The notes under the pieces were generated by a model. The model was not told where the DNA came from and made no database searches. It was given only the letters and a program-made list of their open reading frames with translations. From positions 1 to 30,551 of IMG/VR virus record IMGVR_UViG_3300036982_000457: 30,551 nt of DNA; one strand, 5' to 3'. The position numbers were made by a program, and so were the translations under genes. The stretch is from a virus (taxonomy: Duplodnaviria > Caudoviricetes). Below, in pieces: positions 16,890 to 24,741 of the stretch (positions are counted from its first letter, which is position 1; each line of letters starts with the position of its first letter).

Positions 16890-17450
16890 TTAATGTTTTT
16901 GGGGTTGTGATTCTTTCAGTTTATTAATTATGGCTGTATATTCCGCCAGACTCAAATCAGGATTATCAAGAGCCTTTGATGCTCTCTCCTTTAACGTGTC
17001 TTCAAGAGTTGACTTTCTTATTAGTTCCTCGGCATAGCCAATCTGAGCAACAGTAATCTCATCTTTTTCACTTGCCTTATTACCGTCATCATCGACATCA
17101 ATGTTAAGTCCCAGAATAGCACCTAAAGCATAACGCCTCTGATAAGTGATAACCGAACCAGCTCCCTGGGGATCTTTCTTTGTCGGTTCCATCTCATAAC
17201 TTTCCGACACCCATTCACCCGATACGTGCATGAGCATTGTCTCAAGTCCATATTTACCTTTCGGAAATTGAACAAATGAAAGTCCGTTGTTAAATAAGGG
17301 TTCACGGATTACATCAAGTATATCAGACAGGCTGGCGTACTTTGATTTAAAAAACGGGTTTGTCGCTGTTTTAGCGATCTTTGATACTTCGCCCTGAAAG
17401 GCATTTAATGCCGTTGCAAGGTTTTTAATTTCTGTTGATTTTTCCATCAA
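16890..17450 (-). CDS. erf: ERF-family single-strand annealing protein
   Basis: NPFFKSKYASL..HVSGEW..DPQGAGSVITYQRRYALGAILGL..DDDGN. Confidence 0.95.
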   Translation of the reverse strand: MMEKSTEIKNLATALNAFQGEVSKIAKTATNPFFKSKYASLSDILDVIREPLFNNGLSFVQFPKGKYGLETMLMHVSGEWVSESYEMEPTKKDPQGAGSVITYQRRYALGAILGLNIDVDDDGNKASEKDEITVAQIGYAEELIRKSTLEDTLKERASKALDNPDLSLAEYTAIINKLKESQPQKH

Positions 17451-17764
17451 TATAAGAATGACATTAATTTATCGTAAACAAATTCTCCATGATTCTCATT
17501 GAGATCATCCAGTTGCGCCTCAGTCATAGACTCACCTTTATAAAATGCAAATGAACAAAACGCATCACAGAAATCAGGGTAGTCATCATGGTCAATATCA
17601 TCGAACTCCATACCACTGATCTCAGATAGGTCTAATTCCTCTTTGTCTGGTGCCTCATTTAAACGCATTAGTCTCTCCCGCTCCTCAGGTTCGATCTGAG
17701 ACAAAGCCTCGGAAATCGCTTCTTTGATGCCTTTAACATCATATATCTTTTCGTAGGGTTTCAT
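17447..17764 (-). CDS. Conserved acidic phage protein (DYPDFCDA motif)
   Basis: IDHDDYPDFCDAF...MTEAQLDDLNE. Confidence 0.65.
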   Translation of the reverse strand: MKPYEKIYDVKGIKEAISEALSQIEPEERERLMRLNEAPDKEELDLSEISGMEFDDIDHDDYPDFCDAFCSFAFYKGESMTEAQLDDLNENHGEFVYDKLMSFLY

Positions 17765-17955
17765 AATTTTGGGTCTTCAAGTTCTGCTACCTTTATTATT
17801 TCAATGACTGGAGGCTTTTTGTAGTTCGCAATGATCTCATCCATTCGTTTCTCTGCTTCTTCAATTGTGTAAAATACGTGATCTAACTTATTATCTATAT
17901 AAGTCCAGAACCATGTTTTCTCCCATGTCGTTTCTTTTCTAATTTCAATTTTCAT
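17761..17955 (-). CDS. Hypothetical protein
   Basis: ORF in the coding chain; FYTIEEAE motif. Confidence 0.6.
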   Translation of the reverse strand: MKIEIRKETTWEKTWFWTYIDNKLDHVFYTIEEAEKRMDEIIANYKKPPVIEIIKVAELEDPKL

Positions 17956-17997
17956 CTCTTTGGGTTTATAATTTAACTTCCGAATTAAATCCTATCT

Positions 17998-18405
17998 CTA
18001 TTTTTCATTTAGTAAATCCGATGTTATCTTTTTAGCCTCTGTGATAAAGCCATCAAGTAGTATCTGTAACCTTGCCTTTAATAGACCCTCCGCCATTGCT
18101 ATCTTTGCCTCTATGATTGCCAGTTCAATGGTACTGCCGATGATCTTCATTGCCGGATATACTTCAATCTGCTCCTCGGTCTTACTGATACCATACATAG
18201 CCGAAGCATGATCTCTGTTGAAGTATTCCCCAATCTGCTGGAACGTGTCATTAGTATATTTCTTAAAGAAGTACATACTCCAAAACCGAGCCTGTACGAG
18301 TTCAGCTTTCCTTGCTCCCTCCGTTGCGTTGTTCTGCAATACTAAGTCTTTATTGATCTTTAGAATAGTACAGACTATCTGCAATATAAGGTCTTTGTCA
18401 ATCAT
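17998..18405 (-). CDS. DnaA domain IV-like (Bac_DnaA_C) HTH protein
   Basis: RKAELVQARFWSMYF...TFQQIGEYFNRDHASAMYG. Confidence 0.85.
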   Translation of the reverse strand: MIDKDLILQIVCTILKINKDLVLQNNATEGARKAELVQARFWSMYFFKKYTNDTFQQIGEYFNRDHASAMYGISKTEEQIEVYPAMKIIGSTIELAIIEAKIAMAEGLLKARLQILLDGFITEAKKITSDLLNEK

Positions 18406-18566
18406 CTCAGGTTCTTATCACAGAAGATTACTACTGCAATGAACGCTACCATCAAAGCACCGATCAGACAAGTGACAGTCATCGATATCGTAGTGACTTT
18501 AGTTGATAACACTACCAGAAATACAGCGATCAGAAAAAACACAGTAAGAATTGCAAGGTTTTTCAT
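18402..18566 (-). CDS. 54-aa two-TM membrane protein
   Basis: MKNLAILTVFFLIAVFLVVLSTKVTTISMTVTCLIGALMVAFIAVVIFCDKNLR*, with ATGA overlap. Below the track cutoff. Confidence 0.65.
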   Translation of the reverse strand: MKNLAILTVFFLIAVFLVVLSTKVTTISMTVTCLIGALMVAFIAVVIFCDKNLR

Positions 18567-18569
18567 AGG

Positions 18570-18677
18570 TTAGTTTTTACAGTACATCATTAATAATTCA
18601 AGATGTACAGGGTTGATAAAATTTCCAATAAGAAACGGGTCAAAAGGTTCGGGTTGTAAGTGGTAGATGGTTTTCAT
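18570..18677 (-). CDS. 35-aa hypothetical peptide
   Basis: MKTIYHLQPEPFDPFLIGNFINPVHLELLMMYCKN*; fills the gap with 3-4 nt spacers. Confidence 0.5.
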   Translation of the reverse strand: MKTIYHLQPEPFDPFLIGNFINPVHLELLMMYCKN

Positions 18678-18681
18678 TTGG

Positions 18682-19059
18682 TTATTGGTTTTTAACTTCG
18701 TATTCTGATAGCCATTCTTTCATGTCATTAATCCAACACTGAAATAACTCAGACAGTTCGGGTTCACTCTTTTTAATCCGTTCTTCATAATACAATATCT
18801 CAGTTTCTTTATCTTTTATCATTCTAAAAATAGAGTGAATTGTTTTATGATGTGGCCTACAAAGCCATCGCACATTTAGATAATCCGAATACTTTTCATG
18901 ATGTGCATCCGATCCATATAACGGATCGTGGCATATTTCGCATGACTCTCTTTTAATAATGCCTTTTTTTATAGCAGTCATTGTTTTACCCCGATTAAGA
19001 TTTCTTTCGTCATAGTCAGGATTATTAAATATAATGCCCTTATAAATTAGCTTTTCCAT
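18682..19059 (-). CDS. HNH-like Zn-finger nuclease
   Basis: AIKKGIIKRESCEIC...AHHEKYS..LNVRWLCRPHH..IH. Confidence 0.75.
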   Translation of the reverse strand: MEKLIYKGIIFNNPDYDERNLNRGKTMTAIKKGIIKRESCEICHDPLYGSDAHHEKYSDYLNVRWLCRPHHKTIHSIFRMIKDKETEILYYEERIKKSEPELSELFQCWINDMKEWLSEYEVKNQ

Positions 19060-19250
19060 TATGAGAGTCTTTCATTCATTGATTTAATCTCATTATGAAG
19101 TCCGACACTGAATATCTTATCACAGATTTCAGAATTAGTGAGAGTCACTCCGATTTTTTCGCAGTCAATAAAGTAACTTTTGAGTAATAAATTATCTTCT
19201 TTTGAGATGAGAATTACCCTGCCTGTTTTTTCTTTTTTATTTTTTCTCAT
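19059..19250 (-). CDS. Small basic putative regulator, first gene of the early operon
   Basis: 63 aa, possible ribbon-helix-helix-like layout, directly after the promoter region. Confidence 0.5.
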   Translation of the reverse strand: MRKNKKEKTGRVILISKEDNLLLKSYFIDCEKIGVTLTNSEICDKIFSVGLHNEIKSMNERLS

Positions 19251-19273
19251 AATACTTTTGATTTATATCGAAG

Positions 19274-19281
19274 CAAATATA
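19274..19281 (-). promoter_or_regulatory. Bacteroidota -7 promoter box TATATTTG for the early operon
   Basis: Exact TAnnTTTG match about 24 nt upstream of the ATG in a very AT-rich intergenic region. Confidence 0.65.
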
Positions 19282-19367
19282 TTATTAATTATATTATAAA
19301 TAATACATTTTATGCAACTATTTTCAATATTCTGGAAAATATCAACAATAATAGTGATATATATCAA

Positions 19368-19409
19368 TAAAAAGCGGAACCAGTGCAACCCAAAAACACC
19401 GATCCCGCT
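19368..19409 (-). terminator. Intrinsic terminator after the lysis module
   Basis: Minus strand AGCGGGATCGGTGT-loop-GCACTGGTTCCGCT followed by TTTT; ~14-bp stem with G-U pairs. Confidence 0.8.
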
Positions 19410-19429
19410 GAAACCATGAAAAGAAAAAC

Positions 19430-20173
19430 CTACCTCATTATCATAATCCCTGTACCTGCACCAACACCAAACCCAATAAGCGCATTAAACCACCACTTAC
19501 TGAAGATACTTTTATTCTCCTGCACGATAACTGTATTCATATCGCTGATCTTAATATAAGGGTTATCAGTTGTAAACACTCCCACAGGTTTAGTCCGGAA
19601 CAATCCGTCTTTCTTATAGCCCACAGTCACAAACCCAGTAAAAGGAACCTCTAACCCGAACCATGCCGATCTGTCAACCTTCATCCCTGCATTGAGTTTA
19701 AGGTACTTTTCGTCCATTGTAAGAAGGTTAAACGGAACCCGAATATAATCACTCGCTAAACCTGATGTGTCCTTGACAGTTATAAAAACAGTCTCAGGAG
19801 GCATCTTTAGCGAATCCCGAAGGACTCGGATTGTCCCGTTTAACTCTGTGTTAGTCACCAAATCTTTAATATGTAGTTTATTCAACAACTCCCTTTCTAC
19901 CACTCCCGATCTTATTGCCTGATCCTGTGAAAGTATGATAGCTCTTTTTTCCTGTACTGAACTTTCCAGTCCCCCGATAGTTATCAGATTACTTTCAATC
20001 TCTGAATTTAACGCAAGGATGTTATTGTTTTGATTGATCCTCTCCTGTCGGGTAGAACAACGACCAAGACAATAAGCTATCACCAGAACGCATAAAACAG
20101 TTAAAATACGCCATATCCACTTTCGATAAGTCAGCCAGTTATATTTCAGCCAGATCAATATCTTTGCTTTCAT
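19430..20173 (-). CDS. Spanin-like lysis accessory protein
   Basis: N-terminal TM, coiled coil, beta region and C-terminal Gly-rich hydrophobic helix; last gene of the lysis cassette. Confidence 0.6.
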   Translation of the reverse strand: MKAKILIWLKYNWLTYRKWIWRILTVLCVLVIAYCLGRCSTRQERINQNNNILALNSEIESNLITIGGLESSVQEKRAIILSQDQAIRSGVVERELLNKLHIKDLVTNTELNGTIRVLRDSLKMPPETVFITVKDTSGLASDYIRVPFNLLTMDEKYLKLNAGMKVDRSAWFGLEVPFTGFVTVGYKKDGLFRTKPVGVFTTDNPYIKISDMNTVIVQENKSIFSKWWFNALIGFGVGAGTGIMIMR

Positions 20174-20463
20174 AAACTTACTATTGTCTCAACCTTCTTA
20201 TCAAAGATATTCGATAACTTCTTGATAAGTGCTTGTCCACCAATACCGAGCATCATAGCCGACATAAACGTAATAGGATAGATGTTTACCAGATCAGCCT
20301 TTGCGAATACCATCACCTCACCAATGATGAGATTGAGTAGAGTAGGTATCCAGTTCGTTTTGAAGAACAGAAGCCACCGGAACTCAGGAAGTGTATAAAC
20401 CGAGTTCAACTGTAATAGAACGAATATTAGACATCCTGCGAAAACTGCTAAGTAAAGTGCCAT
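20170..20463 (-). CDS. Holin-like protein (3 TM)
   Basis: 97 aa with three hydrophobic segments and a basic C-terminus, adjacent to the endolysin. Confidence 0.7.
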   Translation of the reverse strand: MALYLAVFAGCLIFVLLQLNSVYTLPEFRWLLFFKTNWIPTLLNLIIGEVMVFAKADLVNIYPITFMSAMMLGIGGQALIKKLSNIFDKKVETIVSL

Positions 20464-20467
20464 AATT

Positions 20468-20905
20468 TTAAGGATTAAATATTATTACTTTATTTTCATT
20501 AACTTCTCTCGTATCACAGTGAACCCAATTAACTCCTGCCTCAAGTCTCAGATGATAAGGCCATAGATTCTGATTCTTTACTATCCATTGTCTTACTTCC
20601 TCTGCCAATAGTCCTTCAACATCGAAATCAATCGCCTGTCCTGTCATGTGCGGACTGACATACATCTTATTATCTTCAACAGCTTTCTGTACTATTGAAC
20701 ATCTTAAACATCTGAATCCTCTCTCATCAAACTGTCCACCTTCATCCCAGTTATTAACAAACATTGGCTTTCCCAACTTCTCCCTCATCCTATCTATGGT
20801 AATGAGTAACCTTGAATCAAAGAATTGCCAAGCCGTATCTTTGTAAAAATTAAAAACATCTTTACAGACAAGTTCCTTGAGTTCAAAATAAATCAACTTA
20901 CTCAT
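20468..20905 (-). CDS. Endolysin, peptidase M15 family
   Basis: YFELKEL, RGFR, SPHMTGQAIDF and WVHCD Zn-peptidase motifs. Confidence 0.92.
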   Translation of the reverse strand: MSKLIYFELKELVCKDVFNFYKDTAWQFFDSRLLITIDRMREKLGKPMFVNNWDEGGQFDERGFRCLRCSIVQKAVEDNKMYVSPHMTGQAIDFDVEGLLAEEVRQWIVKNQNLWPYHLRLEAGVNWVHCDTREVNENKVIIFNP

Positions 20906-21234
20906 TTAATTGTTTTCCTTATAAAGTTATCGTCAACCCATGTCTTGATGTAGTCCAGATAGTTAGTCTCAAGGGTGTTTAACCGCTTATCTATCATCCC
21001 GATATTGTTTGTATTGATGTCCTGAATTGTTTTCATGCGGATAAGTTCTAAACCAGTTTCATTCTGATTCCTCTTTATATCCTTATTACTAATGTATATC
21101 ATCATAGCAAATATCCCGATGACAGTTAGTATCACAGTATTAATATATTGAAATACGGTTATTTTTTTCTCTGCCTTGTCGGTGCATTTAATGCTGTCAA
21201 GTACTTGCTTCAGTTCTTCGGGGTCTATTGCCAT
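20902..21234 (-). CDS. Single-TM coiled-coil protein (holin/antiholin candidate)
   Basis: One TM followed by coiled coil, directly upstream of the endolysin. Confidence 0.55.
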   Translation of the reverse strand: MAIDPEELKQVLDSIKCTDKAEKKITVFQYINTVILTVIGIFAMMIYISNKDIKRNQNETGLELIRMKTIQDINTNNIGMIDKRLNTLETNYLDYIKTWVDDNFIRKTIK

Positions 21235-21235
21235 T

Positions 21236-21814
21236 TTATCGTCTTATTAGTAATGTATCGCTATTAGAAATCCAAGTAAAAACCCTTGATCCTGTTCCTG
21301 TAACTGCCTTCCCTGCCGTAGTCCAAGTAAGCATCTGTTTTTTATAATAAGTACTATCTCCGAGCTTATCCCTGAGTCCGGGGATACTATCAATCCATGA
21401 CTGAGCCATTAAATTCTCACTCTCCTGTGCAATTAACCTATCTCCAAAGTCATAAATATCATTTACCTGTTTCATCTGGTAGGCAAGTAATGAAGGATCA
21501 ATAGTCAGAACTGGTTTAATGGTATCTAAAAGAGTAACAGTAAAAACTACCTGCCGGAAGTTACCAGTACCATCAGTAGCCTTAACTGTCACCGTTGTAG
21601 TTTTAAGCGTTGGAGTAAGCGCAAACCCCGGAGCAGGAACCTGAGTCAATGATGCTATCTCACAGTTATCCGTTGCCACGATCTTTAATCGGTAGTCCGG
21701 AAGGACTGCGGTACAGGTTGCCCCTGCGTAGATAGATTGAGATTTAACTTGTGATAAAATACATCCACATCCAGAAAAAAACATAAGACAGAAAGTTATT
21801 AATAAATTTTTCAT
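21236..21814 (-). CDS. Exported protein/lipoprotein with HYR-like Ig domain
   Basis: Likely start ATG 21814 (MKNLLITFCLMFFSGC), just after the HNH stop. ATDNC, VTVKATDGTGN and DTIKPVLT are HYR-like. Confidence 0.75.
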   Translation of the reverse strand: MKNLLITFCLMFFSGCGCILSQVKSQSIYAGATCTAVLPDYRLKIVATDNCEIASLTQVPAPGFALTPTLKTTTVTVKATDGTGNFRQVVFTVTLLDTIKPVLTIDPSLLAYQMKQVNDIYDFGDRLIAQESENLMAQSWIDSIPGLRDKLGDSTYYKKQMLTWTTAGKAVTGTGSRVFTWISNSDTLLIRR

Positions 21815-21815
21815 T

Positions 21816-22289
21816 TCAATTAAAATTAAGATTAGCAAATTCACCAAAATATTTTTTAGCAGCGAAATCATAGGCTTTTGCAGCATCCTCTTTTGTTTTG
21901 TAATGACCTAAAAAATAACTCCTTCCATGATACATAATTCGAGCCTGATATTCTTCTTTTTTTGAATGTGCTCTATTTACTCCTTTATATTCAATCTCCC
22001 CATGAGATATTGCATTCATACAATTCTGTGATCGAGTACAATTCCTAAGATTTTCTTTTCTATTATCAAAACCTAAATGATTTATATGATCACATTCCAA
22101 TCCATCAACTGGTTTAAGTATAATATTATGCATTTGAATTGAAATTCGTTTCCCATTTATTCTTCCCATCCTTTGAGCATAATATGTATTTGCCCCTTTT
22201 ACTGTTCGCCATTTGAATTGATTTAAATATTCATAATCTTCATCATCAACTAAAGCGATTTTCCCCTGAGTTAGTTTAATCTCTTTCAT
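21816..22289 (-). CDS. HNH-AP2 homing endonuclease
   Basis: IKLTQGKIALVDDEDY, DHINHLGFDNRKENLR, YKGV...YQARI..LGHYKTKEDAAKAYD..FGEFANLNF. Confidence 0.95.
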   Translation of the reverse strand: MKEIKLTQGKIALVDDEDYEYLNQFKWRTVKGANTYYAQRMGRINGKRISIQMHNIILKPVDGLECDHINHLGFDNRKENLRNCTRSQNCMNAISHGEIEYKGVNRAHSKKEEYQARIMYHGRSYFLGHYKTKEDAAKAYDFAAKKYFGEFANLNFN

Positions 22290-22297
22290 AAAATAAT

Positions 22298-22382
22298 ACC
22301 TATCAGGTTTCGGAGTGCTGGCTCCTACTCCCTAATAGGTTTTATAAATCATTACTGCCAGCACAGCAATTAAAATCAGTAT
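22298..22382 (-). ncRNA. Structured 5' leader RNA upstream of HNH-AP2
   Basis: 10-bp stem 22298-22307/22331-22340 (one G-U on the minus strand) and inner GGAG/CTCC hairpin 22312-22325. GTGCTGGC (22315-22322) is complementary to 22357-22364. Confidence 0.65.
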
Positions 22383-22390
22383 CAAAGATA
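22383..22390 (-). promoter_or_regulatory. Bacteroidota -7 promoter box TATCTTTG
   Basis: Exact TAnnTTTG match immediately 5' of the structured leader. Confidence 0.65.
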
Positions 22391-22408
22391 ATATTTTATT
22401 TTTATATT

Positions 22409-22474
22409 TCATAATAGGCAGGAACAACTACTTAGTAGTATAATTGCGACCAAAATCAAAAATGTCTTTTTCAT
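22409..22474 (-). pseudogene. Orphan 21-aa signal-peptide ORF, probable 5' remnant of the HYR lipoprotein gene
   Basis: MKKTFLILVAIILLSSCSCLL* parallels MKNLLITFCLMFFSGCGCIL of 21236..21814. Confidence 0.65.
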
Positions 22475-22507
22475 TGTATTTAGTTATATTGACACCATAG
22501 CAACGAG

Positions 22508-23719
22508 TTACTGTTTCCCTGTTTGAATTACTTTGTATATTTCATCAGCAATAGCAGAATATCCAGCTTCGTTAAAATGAACCCCATCTCCATCATATAC
22601 GGTTTTTATATCCCATAGATTTCCAATATCACCTCCCACTCTATTTTTACCAAGAATAGTATCCCAATTAATTAAAAATGCTTTCTTCTTAGTATAAGCT
22701 GCAACTAATGTTCTTAAATCAGCAGTCCATAAATCTCTTATTTGCATCTGTGCATTAGAACCATTTGTCCAGGGCATAATTTCAGAAATAACGGCATATA
22801 TCCCATTAGTAACACATTTATCCAGCATGTCTTTAATATTCGATAGATATGTCATTTTTGTTATGACTCCCCCAAATATATCATTCACACCTCCTTGTAT
22901 TAAACATATTCTTGGCTTCAATAAAATTACATCTGTATCAAATCTTGCAAGCATTTGAGTAGTTGTGTCCCCTCCATGACCCATATTTTGATAAACACAT
23001 CTATTATCTAAATTGTAAAGTTTTCCCTCCCATGACTTGTCAAAATCAAAAGCAAGTGTATCTCCTGCCCAAATCAAAGAATAATTTACAGCAGTAGATT
23101 GTGTAATACTATCACCTATTGCAACGATCAACGGAGCTTGCATTGCAAAATGAAAAATACTTGGAAAGGGAGTATGTGCAGCAAAATCATTCCATGTATA
23201 ACTATCAGGTGGCGTTCCTGCATAATGATAAATTAATTGTGTTATACCCCCGTTAAATGCACAATAAAATACACCAACACTCCCTATTCCCGTCTTTTTA
23301 GTAAATAAACTATAAAAATCACCTTCCTTCACAGCTAATGGAGTTACCAAAGTTAAAGAATGATCTCCTGTTTGTAATGGCATTAAATCAATCATTCCTC
23401 TTTTTAAGTAAGGATTAATTATTCCTCCATCTCCGCTCCAAAAGTATATTTTTGCTTCTTCTAAATTAGTAATAGAATTAACTCTTGGCAAATCAACTCT
23501 TGTAATTAACCCATGTTGTCTTATCCTTTCGGCTCTCAAAGGGAAGAATGTATTTAATCCGGTAGAAGTTGTATCTAACTGGATTCCAGTAGTAGTAACT
23601 GCCTCTCTACTGTTTACTACCACTTCATCTATATTCCTCTCTAATTCAATTAATTTCCAATCAATTTGAGTAATGGAAAACCTCTTTAAGTTTATTTGAG
23701 AAATACTAAATTTTTTCAT
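22508..23719 (-). CDS. SGNH/GDSL hydrolase (virion-associated esterase candidate)
   Basis: Blocks GDSIT, NMGHGGDTT, GGVND and DGVHFN. Confidence 0.92.
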   Translation of the reverse strand: MKKFSISQINLKRFSITQIDWKLIELERNIDEVVVNSREAVTTTGIQLDTTSTGLNTFFPLRAERIRQHGLITRVDLPRVNSITNLEEAKIYFWSGDGGIINPYLKRGMIDLMPLQTGDHSLTLVTPLAVKEGDFYSLFTKKTGIGSVGVFYCAFNGGITQLIYHYAGTPPDSYTWNDFAAHTPFPSIFHFAMQAPLIVAIGDSITQSTAVNYSLIWAGDTLAFDFDKSWEGKLYNLDNRCVYQNMGHGGDTTTQMLARFDTDVILLKPRICLIQGGVNDIFGGVITKMTYLSNIKDMLDKCVTNGIYAVISEIMPWTNGSNAQMQIRDLWTADLRTLVAAYTKKKAFLINWDTILGKNRVGGDIGNLWDIKTVYDGDGVHFNEAGYSAIADEIYKVIQTGKQ

Positions 23720-23720
23720 A

Positions 23721-24401
23721 TTATGGGAATAATACTTCCTTAATAGATAAAGCAGTTATTGAACCAACAAAAGAAGTTCCGTAAGTACCTACACTTCCTC
23801 CATCTGTAAGAAAATAATTTACATGCGTCCCTGTTGTAGCTATATTGGCACCCACATTGGTAGAAAGTGCGAAAAATCCAAAAGGTAAGTTTCCGCTTGT
23901 TACTATAACCGTTACTGATATTCTATATGTTTTACCAATAGTCCAAAACGATAATCCCTTACCAATAAATCCTGTCCCATTAGAAACAAGAGTGATACCT
24001 ACCGCAGACCATGAAGCCTGAAAATAAGTATTCCAGTATGCTGCAGTATACCAAGCTGTTTGATTAATTAACTCTATACCTACCATTGCAATAGAAACCT
24101 CTGCTGTGAATGCAGAATATAAAACACCTTGTAATGACCGCACTTTGTAGTATCGCAAATCAACGGGAGTACATATATCATTTTTAGTAACTATACCGGC
24201 AGCTATTGTGTATAAGAGAGCAGAAGTACCGCTATCACTCCGACCCCATATCTCTGTCTGAGCAGCACCTCCGGAGTTATCAGTCCAATCAACTTTAACT
24301 CCTCCTGATATTAAAGTAAGAGTCAATCCCGTTGGTGCATTTGGTGCAACGATAATATAAACTGAACTTGGCTTTATCCCTATGCCTATTCTTATACTCA
24401 T
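23721..24401 (-). CDS. Virion accessory protein with FN3-like domain and C-terminal carbohydrate-binding-like domain
   Basis: PNAPTGLTLT..VKVDWTDNS..YYKVRS..YSAF; C-terminal GKTYRISVTV...SITALSIKEV. Confidence 0.7.
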   Translation of the reverse strand: MSIRIGIGIKPSSVYIIVAPNAPTGLTLTLISGGVKVDWTDNSGGAAQTEIWGRSDSGTSALLYTIAAGIVTKNDICTPVDLRYYKVRSLQGVLYSAFTAEVSIAMVGIELINQTAWYTAAYWNTYFQASWSAVGITLVSNGTGFIGKGLSFWTIGKTYRISVTVIVTSGNLPFGFFALSTNVGANIATTGTHVNYFLTDGGSVGTYGTSFVGSITALSIKEVLFP

Positions 24402-24739
24402 GTTATCTGTTTTTTAACGAAACATTCTCCTTCCTGAACGGTAAACACATCAGCCCCGTCAGTTATCTGAACATCATAATCCAGAACATCAGGAACTAAG
24501 AACCCAGCACTGTACATATTATAAGTAGATAACGCTATTGTTATAGCAGCTCCAATACCAGCACTCGATAGACTCTTTACCAATAGACCGTCTTTCCTAC
24601 GGAACTTAACATCAATCTGCATTCCTGTCATATGAAAAAGAACACCATTCAGATAAACAGCAAATGAGATATCAATAGTATCCCCTGCCTTAAATACAAT
24701 AGGTGCATTAGCGGGTTCTATGTTATAATACAGTGGCAT
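24398..24739 (-). CDS. BppU N-terminal-like structural protein
   Basis: AGDT...FHMTG..I....R...YDVQIT..G.VFTVQEG...VKKQIT. Confidence 0.65.
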   Translation of the reverse strand: MPLYYNIEPANAPIVFKAGDTIDISFAVYLNGVLFHMTGMQIDVKFRRKDGLLVKSLSSAGIGAAITIALSTYNMYSAGFLVPDVLDYDVQITDGADVFTVQEGECFVKKQIT

Positions 24740-24741
24740 CG

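Noticed and set aside
21816-22408. Group I intron carrying the HNH gene
   Set aside because: Only ~120 nt of non-coding sequence upstream and 1 nt downstream, too little for a ribozyme core; the downstream gene has its own start.
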